Part shown: piece after piece, positions 23,601-37,495 of the stretch
Layout of the letters: each line of letters opens with the position of its first letter
Numbering within the stretch: position 1 is the first letter of the stretch
NCBI RefSeq assembly: GCF_020745735.1
Contig: NW_026869259.1
Span: 62,001-126,000 of the forward strand
Length of the DNA: 64,000 nt
Reading direction: 5' to 3'
From: Hemiscyllium ocellatum
Taxonomy: Eukaryota
The notes under the pieces: model-generated
The model's database searches: none
Told to the model about the DNA's origin: nothing
Seen by the model: only the letters and a program-made list of their open reading frames with translations
Translations under genes and position numbers: made by a program

Positions 23601-23879
23601 CACTCACACTCTCAACTGATTACCCAGACATCGCGGCAGGTTGCCGTGTTCGAGGAGAAATTGACTGGAAATTGAATCAACTGTTGATATTTCATGTGGA
23701 TATTCAATTAAACAACAAGTATGTTTACATTGAAATTAATACATTCTAAATGTATAATAATTGGACAGACTAATGTCGTAAACTTTGTGGCATTTGAGGG
23801 ATATAACTTTTGCCGGTTTGTCAAGAGTGCTAGTTCGTAAGGTACAGGTTACAACAAAATTTGCTGCACATATTTTATA

Positions 23880-25550
23880 ATGGACTCCAGTATTTCTCCT
23901 ACTGCTGATGTCAAGCTAACCGGTCTCTGCCTCCCTTCTTAAATAGTGGGGTTATGTTAACCACCCTCCAATCCATAGGAACTGCTCCAGAGTCTAGAAT
24001 TCTGAAAGATGACCACAAGTGCATCTATTCATTCTAGTGCCACTTTTTCTTAAGCATTCTGGGGTGAGGGGCTCAGGCTGCCAAAGATATTTCATGGCTC
24101 CACTTTGCCCTCCCATTTTTTTAAGCACCTTCCCACACTTTCTCTCCTCCTGAAGGACCTCCCTTGTTTTTGATACTTTATCGCTGACAAAGGTTTCCTT
24201 CTTTTCCTTTCCCAAACTATCCATATTCCTTGACATCCAGGATCCCAGGAGTTGCTGCCCTTGCCTTTCTTTCTGAGCTGGCCTTGAATTCTCAATGTCT
24301 CACATTAAAAAGATTCCCACTTTCCAAATGTAGACTGACCTGTAAGTACCTGCTCCCAGTCTGTATTTGCCAGATCCTGTCTCATGACATTGAAATTGGC
24401 CTTGCCTCACTTTAGACACTTACCTTTATGCACTACCCTTATTCCTTTCCATAATAACTATGAAACTTATGGACTTATGTTCAATATCTGCAAAATGCTC
24501 ACCCACTGACTCTTCAACTATTTGACTGGTTTCATTACCTAGGATTGAGTCCAGCACTGTCCATGTTTAGAGGGACTATCTACATACTGGCACCAAAAGC
24601 TCTCCTGGATGGACTTTAAACATTCCACCATTCACACAAAGGCAATCCCAGTTCATGTTAGAGAAGTTGAAACCCCCTACTAACATAACCCTATTCCTCT
24701 CACACCTCTCTGTGATTTGCCAACATAATTACTCCTCTCTCTCCATCTGACTATTGGGAGGTCTATAGTACAATCTCAGCAAAGTGATTGTTCTTTTTGT
24801 ATTTTTAGCTTCACCCAGATGGCCTCGTTTGAAGAGCCTTCCAAGAAATGCTCCTTCAATCCAGCAGTGACGGTCTCCTTTATCAATAATGCAATACACC
24901 CACCTCTCCTGCATTCCGTCTATCCCACCTGAGACTTCTCTACCCTGGAATGTTGAGCTGCCAGTCCTATCTTTGTTCAATCATGTCTCAGCATTTGCAG
25001 CAATATAATATTCCCACGTGCTGGTCAATGCTCTCAGTTCAACCTCCTTACTCGTCAAGCTCCTTACATTAAAATAGATGCAGCTCAGCTTTCTGGTCCT
25101 CCTGCATTCCTGATCCTGTCCTAGTGGTTACCCAGTGATTTTCTGTGTCGCCCTTATTCTCCCAAGAAGGGAAACATCCAGCATTTCCCCTGTCAATCCC
25201 CTTAAGAATTCTATACATTTCAATGTGATTCCCTCTCATTCTTCTAAACTCCAGTGATCAGATTCCAAACCTGTTTGACCTTTGCCCATAAGACAATCGC
25301 TCTATACCAGGAATCAGTCAAGGGAACTATCTCTGAACTACATCCAATGCAGCTCCTGTCCTTTCTTCAATAAGGAGCCTGATACTGGACACCATACTCC
25401 AGATGTGCTCACACCAAGCCCCTAACCCTAACCCCTGTACAGCTGCAGTAAAATGTCCCTGCTTTTAGATTGCATTCCCTTTACAAAGAGCACCAACACT
25501 CCATCTGCCTCCGGATTCACTTGCTGTAGCTGTGTACTAACTTTGTGATT
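23880..25550 (-). mobile_element. CR1 ORF2 endonuclease and 3'-end fragments; 24500-25550 is an inverted paralog of 39280-40380
   Basis: ORF 24729..24980 has TITLLRLYYRPPNSQ; shared junctions with 39280-40380. Confidence 0.72.
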
Positions 25551-26024
25551 CTTGTCCCCCACATTACACTCCATTCTGCCCAATATTTCTCCAAATCCCA
25601 GCTGTATCTAATATTCAGCAGGATGGACCCCTTCACTGGGAAATAGTTGTTTGTAACTAGAATAATGACACATCTCTGAGAATCACATTAATAACTGTTT
25701 TATTAATGCATTTATTTCCTACCTACCATATCACAGCCCTGAATAATCTTATACCCCTCAATGAGGTTCTTTCTCAACCTTCACTGCTCCACGCAAAACA
25801 ACCTCAACCTTTCCAATCTTTCCTCATAACTAACTCTCTATTGCAGGCAGCATCCTGGTAAATCTCTGCACCCTCTCAAGTACAATCACATCCTTCCCAG
25901 AATGTGGTGACCATGACCTGTCCACCTCTCTCTCTCTCTCTATCTTCCTTTTTGACTCACATCTGCGACTTCTTTCTCTCTACCTTTCTATCTCTCTCCC
26001 ACTTTTAATCTCTTTCATATTCTC

Positions 26025-26055
<31 letters not shown>

Positions 26056-26479
26056 TTCTCCATCAACCACACCATTTCTACCTCCCTCTCCCTCTCTCGG
26101 TCCCCTGCCATATCTCACACTGTCTCAGATGCTCCTCCCTCTATTCCTCGATTACACACACACTCTCCCTCTAACTCTCTCGCTCTCTCTCACTTCTCTC
26201 CCTTTCTCACAGTGTCCCAGGTGATGACAGTTGAATGCAGAATAAATCTCCTTCTGCTCTGCCCCAATAATGGATGTTAACCTTTGACCCCAGAAGCATG
26301 TTTTTTTTTACTGGAGTAAGGCCCCATTTCCCACAGTGACATGGACCTCCTTCCCACTGAACCTCCGAATTGAGACCAGTAAACATGGGGCTCCTAATAA
26401 CTGGACTTTCCAATGGAGATGAGTGGATGGCTGAGTTTTTGAAGAAGTAAGCAAGAAGGTAGATAAAGGTAGAGCAGTA

Positions 26480-27660
26480 CACTCTCTCTACATGGACTTT
26501 AGCAAGGCTTTAGACAAGGTTCCCCCCACCATGGCAGACTGCTCAGTAAGATTATATCACATAGGATCCAGGGAGAGCGAGCCAATTGGATATAAAATTG
26601 GCCTGATGGTAGGAGACAGAGGCTGGTGAGAGAGGGTTGTTCATCAGACTGGAGGCCAGTGACCAGCCGTCTGCCACAAGAAATGATCCTGGATCCACTG
26701 TTGTTCATCATTTACATGAACAATGTGGATGAGAAAATAGCAGGAATGGTCAGTAAGTTTGTGGCTGACATTAAAATTGTTAGCATCGTCGACAGGGAAG
26801 AAGGTTATCCAAGAGTGCAATGTCATCTTGATCAACTGGGCCAGTGGGTCAACAAATCCATTTAATTTCGATAAATGGAAGGAGTTACCTTCTGTTAAGA
26901 CAAACCAGGGCAGGAATTACACAATTAATGGTAGAGCCATGGGGAGTGTTGTTGAACAGAGAGACTGAGGGGTGCAGGTACATAGTTCCTTGAAAGTGGT
27001 GTCACAGGTAGACAGGGTGGTGAAGAAGGTATTTGGCACGCTCACCTTCACTGGTCAAAGCAGGGAGTACAGGAACTGGGACATCATGTGACAGCTGTAT
27101 AAGACATTGATAAGGCCACATTTGGACACTGTGCACATTTCTGCTCACCCTGCTATAGGAAGGAAGTTATTACACTGGTTTGGATAAAATAAAGATTAAC
27201 AGGGATGTTACCAAGATTGGAGGGTTTGAATTACAAGGCGAGGATGGATAGGCCAAGATGTTCTTCCAGGGAATGCAGAAGATTGAGGGGTGACCAGATA
27301 GAGGTTTATAGAATCATGAGGGTCATTGATGAGATGAATAGTCAAAGTCTTTTCTCCAGGGTAGGAGATTCCAGTACTAGAAAGAATAGATTTAAGTTGA
27401 GAGGGGAAAGAGTTAGAAGAGCCCTGAGAGGCAACCTTTTCAACAGAGGATGGCGTGTGTGTGCAATGAGCTGCCAGAGGAAGTGGTAAAGGTGAGTACA
27501 ATTACTACATTTCCAGGACATTTTTACAGGAGCATGGATAGGAAGGATTCGGAGAGATTTGGGCCAAACACAGGCAAATGGGATTAGTTCAGTTTTTGAA
27601 ACTTGGTTAGCATGGATGAGTTGAGCTGAAGGGCCTGATGCCATGCTGTAAACCTCCATA
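26480..27660 (+). mobile_element. CR1/HER1 RT and 3' fragment inserted into the minisatellite of the third copy
   Basis: ORFs 26626..26865 (WRPVTS.LPQ...IYMNNVD...SKFVAD) and 27205..27489. Confidence 0.85.
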
Positions 27661-30579
27661 ACTCTATGATGATGTGTACATGGTCCATCTTCCCATAGGA
27701 CCAGTAAACATGGACCTCCTTCCCACTGGAACCTCCAATAGGCACCAATAACCATGGACCTCCTTCCCACTGGATGCTTCAGAAGAGACCAGTAAACATG
27801 GGCCTCCTTCCCTCGGGACTGTCCAGTACCGGAGCTTCAAACCCCATATCCTCTCCATCACGTAGGTCTCTTATTTCAGTCTTAACAACATTGTCCGTCT
27901 CTGCACTACCTCAGCCCCTTGACTACAGAAACCCTAATTCCTGTTTGTCCTGCCTTCTAACTATACGATTCCAATGTACTCTCCCAGCTTCCTGAAGCCA
28001 AATTCCATAAACGCCAGCTTGTCTGATATGGCGTGGTCTCTTCCCTGTGTTTCCATGTGTTGTTCCAGAATGACCCCTGACCTCACTGCCAGCCAATTGC
28101 CTCCATTGCCTTTCTCCTCACTCACTTTGTGCCCTGCTGCAGACTCACATTCCCTCCCTCCCCCTTCCATCTTCTCTCGCTGGTCTCCTGCCCATTGCTG
28201 CTTCCTCCATCCCACCATTGACAGCAGAGCCTTCAGACCCCTAGAGGTCTCTGACCCCCTGCCCTTCATCCCTCCCCCTCTCAATTGTTGTGCTATTGAA
28301 TATACTGTTGAGTGCCATTACTTTTGGTTCACTGTTCCCTTGCCATTGATTTGCTGATATAGTCGAGTAAATCAAGTCTGGTGTGTTCCCTGAGTTGGTT
28401 CAAGAGCGTTTTGCTTGAGAAAACACTTTTCTGTAAATTGGGTTGTCTATTTCTCCCAGTTTTTGTGTAAAGGTGAGTCTAAGTGTGTGTAAGCTCTTAT
28501 ACAGCACAGACAGAGGTCACTTGGCCGATAGTGACTGTTAGTCAAATTAGTCCAATGAGTCCCATTTCCCCAGCCCTTCCTGTATAACCCTGCAATTGTT
28601 TCCTTTTCAGCTATTTCTCCAAATGCCCTTTAGAAAGTTGCTGTTTAATCCACTTCCACTCACCTTGCAGACAGTCATCATGAACTCGCTGGATAAAAAT
28701 GTTCCTATCTTCTCTCTTGTTCTTCAGACCCTTTCTGAAATGTGTGCCCTCTGGTTACTGACCCTCCTGCCTGGAGAAACAATTTGCCCTGTATTTACTG
28801 CATCCAAACTCTCTAATTGTGAACCCCTCATTGAGTGAGACCTATTTACAGCACAGGGGGAGAACATTCAGCCTGTCAGGGAAATGCTGTCATTTCATGG
28901 AGCAATCCAGTCAGTCCCACCCCCTCCCTTACTCGACCCCCAGAGCCTTGCAGGTTTATTTCCATCAAGAGCTCATCCAATCTGCCATTGCAATAACTGG
29001 GTTTCTTCACCTGCCTCACCTGAATGGGCACTAATTTTGAAGTCATTGCCAATTGCTGCAAAAAACAAAGTTATTTCCGTCATTCCATATCTCTTGCCCA
29101 ACAGAATGTAAGGTAATCTCAATGTGAAGATGGGATTTTGTCTCCACACGGACTGTGCAGTGGTCACTCTTACTGATACTGTCATGGACAGATACACCAG
29201 CAGCAGGCAGGTTGGTGAGGGTGATAGTGAGTATGTTTTTCCCTCTTGTTGGTTCCCTCACCACCTGTCCCAGGTCCAGTCTCGCAGCTGAATCAGGTGG
29301 AACTTGACCAGCTTGCTCAGTAGTGATGCTTCTGAGCAGCTCTTGATGGTGGACTTTGAAGTCCCTTACTCATGGTATATCCTGCATTCTCCCCACCCTC
29401 AGTGCTCCCTCCAAGTGTTGTTCAACATAGAGGAGGACTGACTGCTCAGTTGAGGTTGGAGCGGAGGGTGGTGCTATGTGGTAATCAGCAGGAGGTTTTC
29501 TTCCCCATGTTTGACCTGCCGTCATGAGGCTTCATGGATTCCATAGTTAATGGTGAGGACTCCCAGGGCAACTCCCTTCCAACTGTACACACCACTGTGT
29601 TGCCTCCCCTGCTTGGTCTATCCCGCCAGTTAAAAACTGAATGAGGGAACAATTCTGTGCAGGTTTCACAGCTTGGAGACAGAGCTGCTGCTGGATTCTG
29701 TCTCTGATCTCTGAGTGCAGGTGTGTGTGTTTATGAGCTGCTCCGAGCTCCTTCTTTCACTTCCTCTCTTGATGAAGTTTCAACCTTGCGAACTGACAGC
29801 CTTTGCAGTTATTTTTTACACTGGGGCTTTCTGCTGTGGTCAGAATCTCTAATAATAAGTGTCCAATCAGTGACAATCACAGCAGCTAAGAGCAGTCAGG
29901 ACTGAGGAGCCAGGCTCACTGGGAAACACATTGGGAAGATCAAAGCCATCCTCTTCAGCTCCCTGTACAACTCCATCCCTCTCCCTGAGCACTGTCTGCT
30001 GCTCAACCAGACTTTTTTCAACCTGGGCCTCATCTTTGGGGCTGATCTGAGCCCCACATCTTCCACATCACAAAGATCAGCCACTGAAAATCTCAGCCAT
30101 GCTGTTGTGACTCCAAACGTGGGCATTCTAATGTTCTGCTCACACACACCACACTGCCACTGCACTCACCCTTCCCAAAGTCTGCTGCCCATGTCCAGAC
30201 TTGCACCAACTTCTGTTTCCCCAATCCCCTGCACGCCATGTCTACATTGGCTCCTGGAATAGCAACACTTCAGTCATCAAATTATCATGCTTGTTCTCAA
30301 ATCCATCCCTGTCCTTCATTCTCCCTGTCTCTGTAACCTCCTCCAAGCTGTGTTGCTCAGTGTGGTCAGCAATCTTGGATAAATGGCTCGCTATTCCTTC
30401 ATCCAAGTCATTGAGAAATATCATGAAATGCTGAGGTCCCAGCGCAGATCCCTGGGGACACCAATATTCACATTATTGGAGAGCACACACATTATCCCTC
30501 TTCTCTGTCCCCTACATCCAAAGGCCGCCTACATCCAAATGAATTCCTCACCAAAGACAGATATTTTTCTCTCTTTGGC

Positions 30580-31390
30580 TTAATGGTAGGAAGCAGAGGG
30601 TCATAGTGGAAGGATGCTAGTCTGACTGGGGGCCAGTGACTTGTGGAGTGCCTCAGGGTTCAGTGCTGGACCCATTACTGTTTGTTATCTCTATCAATAA
30701 TTTGGATGAGAATCTGCAAGGCATCATTAGTAAATTTGCAGACGACACTACAAGAAGCGGTGTCATGGCCTTCATCAGTCAGGGTACTGGGTATAGAATT
30801 TGGGAAGTTATATTACAGTTGTACAGGATATTGGTGAGGTCTCACTTGGAGTATTGTGTTCAGTTTTGGTCACTTTTTTTATAGGAAGGATATTATTAAA
30901 CCACAAAGAGTACAGAAGAAATTTACAAGGATATTGCCTGGACTCAATGATCTGAGTGACAGGGAGAGGTTGGACAAATTAGGATTCATTTCTTAGAGCG
31001 TAGGAGACTGAGGGGGATCTTTTAGAAGTAGAAAAGATCATGTGAGACTTGGATAGAGTGAATGCACTCAGTCTTTTTCCCAGAGTTGGGGAATCAAGGA
31101 GTAGAGGGCATCGGTTTAAGGTTAGAATAAAAGAGAACCTAAGGGACAGCATTTGTACAGAGAGGATCGTCCGCATATGGAATGAGCTGCAGTGGAAATG
31201 ATTGAGGGGGGTACATTAACAACATTTAGAAATCATTTTGACAAATACATAGATAGGAAAATCTTTGAAGGATATGGACCAAGTGCAGGGAAATGGGGTT
31301 AGTGTGGATGGACATTTTGGTCAGCACGGTCCAGTTTGGGCCAAAGGGCCTGTCTTTGTGCTGCAGGACTCGATGACTCTGTGACTCTAT
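30580..31390 (+). mobile_element. CR1 RT and 3' fragment
   Basis: ORF 30636..30884: GVPQGSVL.PLLFVISINNLD...SKFADDT...RSHLEYCVQFWS. Confidence 0.85.
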
Positions 31391-32643
31391 AATTCCATTG
31401 TTTCCATGTTTATGAACAATCTCTCATACATAGAAGCAAAGGAACTAAGAGCAGGAGGAGGCCATTCAGCCCTTTGAGTCAGCTCCACCATTTAATATGA
31501 CCATGGTTGATTATTCAACTTAGCCCCCTGTTCCCATTTTCCCCCATAACCTTTAATCCCTTCAGTCCCAAGAACTGTACTTATCATCTTCTTGAAAACA
31601 TTTTCTGGTTTGGGCTCAACTGCTTTCTGTGACAGAATATTCCACCAACTTCCCACTCTCTGGCTAAAGAAATGTCTCCTCATCCCAGTCCAAAATGGCC
31701 TTTCCCTTTTCTTTAAACTGTAATTCCTGGTTCTGGATTCTCCAGTCATTAGGAACATCCTTCCTGTGTTTTTCCGGTCGTATCCTGTTGGGATTTTAAA
31801 GGTTTCAATGCGATTCCTCTCAATCTTCTAAACTCCAGTGAATATAGTACTAACTGATCCAGTTTCTCAACAGATATAAGTGCTGTCATCCCAGGGATCA
31901 GTCTGGTAAACCTTCATTTCCCTCCCTCCACAACCAGAACATCATTTCTCAGATACTGAGTCCAAAACTGCACACAATAGAATCATAAAATCACACAGTA
32001 CAGAGGAGGCCATTTGACCCATTAACTGTGTACCAGCCAATTTACACTAAACCTACACCAGTCTCACTTTCCAATACAAGGCCCATCGCTTGAATGTTAT
32101 GACATGTCAACTACTCATCCAAGTACTTTTTAAGGTTTCCCACTTCAACTAACTTCCCATGGTGTGCATTCCAGAACCACATCATCCTCTGGGTGAAAAG
32201 CAGTTTCCTCAAAACATCTTGAAACCTGTTACCTTTCTCATTGAATGTAAACCAACTTGTTATTGACCCCCCCCCCCCAACAAAGGAGAACAGCTGCTTT
32301 CTCTCCACCCTGTCCATTCCCCTCATAACCTTATACACCTCTATCAGGTCCTCCCTCCACCTTCTCTGCTCTGAAGAAAAAAACCCGAGCTGTTCCAATT
32401 TCTCATCATCACTGCGAGGTTCCATCCCAAGTAACATCCTGGTGATTCCCCTCTGCACCCCATCTAGGGCAATCACATCCTTCCTACAGTGTGGTGGCCT
32501 GAACTGCCCACAGTATTTCAGCTGTAGCCTCAGTAATGTTCTGCTTAACTGCACCATATCCTCCTGCTTTTATAACCAATACCTGAAATGATAAATGCAA
32601 GTGCTTTCATAACTGTTCTGTTAACCTGTCTTGCCACATTCAG

Positions 32644-32910
32644 AGATTAGATTAGATTAGATTACTTACAGTGTGGAAACAGGCCCTTCGGCCCAACAAG
32701 TCCACACCGACCCGCAACTCACCCATACCTCTACATTTGCCCCTTTACCTAACACTACAGGCAATTTAGCATGGCCAATTCACCTGACCCGCACATCTTT
32801 GGACTGTGGGAGGAAACCGGAGCACCCAGAGGAAACCCACGCAGACACGGGGAGAACGTGCAAACTCCACACAGTCAGTCGCCTGAGTCAGGAATTGAAC
32901 CCAGGTCTCT
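32644..32910 (-). mobile_element. HE1-type SINE
   Basis: (agatt)n tail at 32644, then the reverse complement of the SINE body. Confidence 0.85.
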
Positions 32911-32999
32911 CCGTGGGCAAGTACTCCAAGATCACTATGTACCACTGATGTTCGTCAGTTCAAAGAACAAAGAAAATTACAGCACAGACTCAGACCCTT

Positions 33000-35330
33000 C
33001 GGCCCTCCAAGTCCCCATTCATGTGTTGTCTAGATACATCTTTAATGGTGCGACCATGCCTGCCTCTATCACCTCCGCTGGCAATACGTTCCAGGCACCA
33101 ACCACATTCTGTGCAAAGAACTTTCCATCCATTTCTCCCTTAAACTTTCCCCTCTAACCTTCAACTCATGAGCCCGAGTAATTGAGTCCCCCACTCTGGG
33201 AAAAAGCTTCGTGCTATCCACTCTATCTCTCCCACTCATGATTTTGTAGATCTCAAGCAGGTCTCCCCTCAACCTTCGACTTTCTCATGAAAATAATCCT
33301 GATCTACTCAACCTTTCTCCATGGCTAGTGCCCTCCATACCAGGCAATCCCAGTGAACCTCCTCTGCACCCTCTCCAAAACGTCCACATCCTTCTGGTAA
33401 TATGGCGACCAGAACTGTGGGCAGTATTCCAAATGTGGCCAAACCAAAGTCCGATATAATTCTAACATGACCTGCATACTCTTGTACTCAGTTCTCCACC
33501 CGATGAAAGAAAGCAGGCCATATACCTTCTTGGCCACTCTATCGACCTGTGTTGCAACCTTCAGGTTACAATGAACCTGAACACCCAGATCACTCTGTAC
33601 ATCTATTTTCTCCAGGACTTTCCATTCACTGTATAGTTCATCTAGAATTGGATCTTCCAAAATTCATCAGCTCGCATTTGTCCAGAACGAAGTCCATCCA
33701 TCCCATTCTCTGTCCAAATCTCCAATCTATCTATATTCCGCCCGATTCTCTGACAGTCCCCTTCACTATCTGCTACTCCACCAATCTTAGTGTCATCTGC
33801 AAACTTGCCAATCAGACCACCTATACCTTCCTTCAGATCATTTATGTACATCACAAACAACATGGATCCCTGTGGAACACCACAGGTCAGTTTTCAATTT
33901 TGAGAAACTCCCTTCCTCTACTACTGTCTGTCTCCTGTTGCCCAGCCTGTTCTCTATCCATCTGGCTAGTACACCCTGGACCCCATGTGACTTTAATTTC
34001 TTCATCAGGCTATCATGGGGAACTTTGTGAAACACCTTACTCAAGTCCATGTATATGACACAAACAGCCCTTTCCTCATCAATCAAATTTATCACTTCTT
34101 CAAAGAATTCTATTAAGTTAGTAAGATATGACATTCCCTGCACAAAATCATGCTGCCTATCACTGATAAGTCAATTTTCTTCCAAATGTAAATAGATCCA
34201 ATCCCTCAGTATCTTTTCCAGCATCTTCCCTACCGCTGACCTCAGGCTCACCGGTTGATAATTACCTGGATTATCCTTGCTGCCCTTCTTAAACAAGGGG
34301 ACAACATTAGTAATTCTCCAGTCCTCTGGGATCTCTGCCACGTTCAAGGCGGCTACAAAGATATCTGTTAAGGCCCCAGCTATTTCCTCTCTCAGTTCCC
34401 TCAGTAACCTGGGATAGATCCCATCCCGACATGGGGACTTGTCCACCTTAATGCCTTTTAGAATACTCAACACTTCCTCCACTCTTAAACCGACTTGACC
34501 TAAAGTAATCAAACTATCTATCCCCAATTTCAACATCCATCTTTTCCCTCTTCTTGGTGAATACTGAAACAAAGTACTCATTAAGAAGCTATCCCATTTT
34601 CTCTGACTCCACGCTTAACTTTCCTCCTTTGTCCTTGAGTGGGCCAACCCTTTCACTGGTCACCCACTTGCTTCTTTTATATAAATAAAAGGTTTAGGGA
34701 TTTTCCTAAATCCTGTTTGCTAATGATATTTCATGACCCCTTTTAGCCCCTTTAATTCCTCATTTCAGATCGATCCTACTTTCCTGGTATTCTTCCAAAG
34801 CTTTATCTGTTTACAGCCACATAGACCTTATCTATGCATCCTTTTACCTCTTAGCTCGTCTCACAATTTCATCTGTCATCCAGGGTTCCCTAATCTTGCC
34901 ATCCCTCTGCTACCTTATCTTGAACCTTCCCCAAGAGTATGAGCAGAAGTACCCCAGAGGACATTAGTTCCAGTCCTGCCCAGGTGTAGACCATCTGATT
35001 TGTAATAGTCCCACCTCGCCCAGAACTGGTCCTCATGTCCCAAAAATCTGAGCATCTCCCTCCTACACCATCTCTCAGGTCACGCATTCATCCTGCTTTT
35101 TTTTCATTTCTGCTACGTGGCACTGGTAGCAATCCTGAGATTACTGCCTCTGAGGTTCTACTTTTTAACGTGGTTCCTACCTCCTAAATTCTGCTGTAGG
35201 ACCTTATCCCATTTATTACTGATATCATTTGTGCCTACATGCACCATCACAGCTCGCTGTTCACCTCCCCCTTCAGAATGTCCTGCAGCTGATCTGAAAC
35301 ATCCCTGACCTGTGCACCTGGGAGGCAACA
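33000..35330 (-). mobile_element. CR1 LINE remnant (ORF1 esterase piece, RT, 3' end)
   Basis: ORFs 35158..35367 (VMVHVGTNDI), 34171..34581, 33838..34143, 33642..33863 (YINDL...KFADDTK) and 33325..33660. Confidence 0.88.
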
Positions 35331-36239
35331 TGCTATTCAGAAGTCTCATTTTTGACCACAGAACCATCTGCCTTCTCCCCTTACAAAGTCCAAATAAACC
35401 ATATCCGTGGGGTCCACATGATCACATCCACTTGCTTCATCCTTGAACAATTCCAGGTGATTTGTTAAGCATGATTTCCCTTTCGACAATCCATGCTGAC
35501 TCTGTCCAATTCTGTCACTGTTTTCAAAGTGCTAAGCTATAAAATATTTTAGATTGATCTTGAACATTTTCTCCACTGCTAATGTCCGGTTAATTGGTCT
35601 CAAATTCCTTATTTTCCCTCTCTCTCTCTTTTTCAATAGTTGTGTTAAATTAGCTGCCCTCCACTCTCCAGAACCTATCCCACAGCCGATAAACAGATAA
35701 CTGTCAGTGTTTCCAGTATTTTACAACCACTTCCTGAAGTACTCCCGAAAATAGATTATTTGTCCCGGCTGATTTAACATACTTTAATTTTCCCAGAACC
35801 ATTTCCCTACAAAAACTGATTCCTTTAGTTCCTTCCTCTGATAAGACCCTGGGTTCGCCAACATTTTTAAGATATATTTGAGAATTAATTTGTGAAGAAA
35901 GATCCAGAATATGTTTATCTGTCATCTCTTTGTTTTAATTATAACATTTGTATGTAACTTCCTTGTATGTCATCTGAACGTCCATATAAACAACACATTC
36001 CCTTATCTCACACATTAGTGACCTCTTTATAGTATGTCACCAGGTTAGTTGAAGATGTCTGAACCTCTTTAAATCCATGCTGATTTATTCCGATCAGTTT
36101 AGATTTGTCAGACATTCTGTCTCTAAAACTAGATTCAATCAATTCCCAACAACAGACATTCAACAGAGATGTTCATTGTGAGTGGGGTTAGTAAACAGAT
36201 AGCACTGACACGAGGGGCTGAACAACCTCCTCCTGGAGT

Positions 36240-37495
36240 CATTAAGTCATAGAGATGTTCAGCACGGAAACGGACCCTTCAGTCTAACCCATCCATGCCG
36301 ATCAGATATCCCACCCCAATCTTGTACACCTGCCAACACCCGGCCCATGTCCATCGAAACCCTTCCTATACATATACCTGTCCAGATGCATTTTAAATGT
36401 TGTAATTGTACTAGGCTCCACCACTTCCTCTGACAGCCCATTTCACACTCACACCACCCTCTGCATAAAACATTGGTCCCCTCAAGTCTCTTTTATATCT
36501 TTCCCCTCTCACCCTAAACCCTCTAGTTTTGGACTCCCCAATCCCAGGGAAAAGACCTTATCTCTTTATCCTATGCATGCCCCTCATACTTTTATAAACC
36601 TCTGTAAGGTCACCCCTTAGCCTCTGATGCTCCAGCGAAAACAGCCCCAACCTGTTCAACTTCTACCTATAACACAAATCCTCCAAACCTGGCAACATCC
36701 TTGTAAATCTTTTCTGAACCCTTTCAAGATTCACAACAGTCTTCAGATAGGATGGAGACCGGACGTGTGCATAATTTTCCAAAAGTGATCTATCCAATGT
36801 TACAGCCGCAACATGACCTCCCAACTCCTGTACTCAGTACTCTGACCAATAAAGGAAGGCATACCAAATGCCTTCTTCACTATCCTATCTACCTGCGACC
36901 CCACTTTCAAGCAGCTATGAAACTGCACTCCAAGGTGTCTTTGTTCAGCAACACTCTCTGGGACCTGACCATTAAGTACATACGTCCTGCTAAGAGTTAC
37001 TTTGCTAAAATGCAGCACTTCACATTTATCTAAATTAAACTCCATCTGCCACTCTTCAGCCCATAGGACCTTTTGATCAAGACCCCATTGTTATCTGGGG
37101 AAACCTTCTTCGCTGTCCACTACACCACCAATTTTGATGTCATCTGTAAACTTACTAACTATATCTCCTATGTTCATATCCAAATCATTTATATAAATCA
37201 TTTATACTGGATTTAGCACCAACCCTTGTGGCACTCCACTGATCACAGGCCTCCAGTCTGAAAAGCAACCCTCCACCACCTTCCGCTGTCTTCTACTTTT
37301 CAGCCAGTTCTGTATACAAATGGCTAAATCTCCCTGTATTCCACATGACATAACCTTGCTAACCAGTCTCCCATGTGGAACCTTGTTGAATGCCTTCCTG
37401 AAGTCCAAATAAATCCCGTCTAACACTCTGTCCTCATCAATCCTCCTTGTTACTTCTTCAAAAAACTCAATCAAGTTTGTAAGACATGATTTTGC
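36240..37495 (-). mobile_element. CR1/HER1 LINE 3' fragment
   Basis: KSCLTNLIEFFEEVT...SGVPQG and FNLDKCEVLHF; same family as 8450-10255. Confidence 0.88.

Larger units (their letters stand above)
25730..32610 (+). repeat. Third, V-less direct copy of the left-arm upstream block
   Basis: 25730-26330 matches 5430-6090; 26330-26420 and 27670-27960 match 8140-8450; 29735-30560 matches 11065-12115; 31430-32610 matches 12180-13320, including an identical nested-LINE junction (cacacaata(c/g)aatcataaaatcacacagtacaga). Confidence 0.8.

Noticed and set aside
25415-25432. Two telomeric units (ccctaaccctaacc) inside a CR1 fragment
   Set aside because: Too short; the paralog near 39395 has one unit, consistent with local slippage.
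27127-27140. cactgtgcacattt, resembling a reinserted signal joint (CACTGTG-CACAGTG)
   Set aside because: The second heptamer is poor, there are no nonamers, and it lies in the CR1 EYCVQFW-coding segment. I saw no reinserted V-J spacer anywhere in the window.
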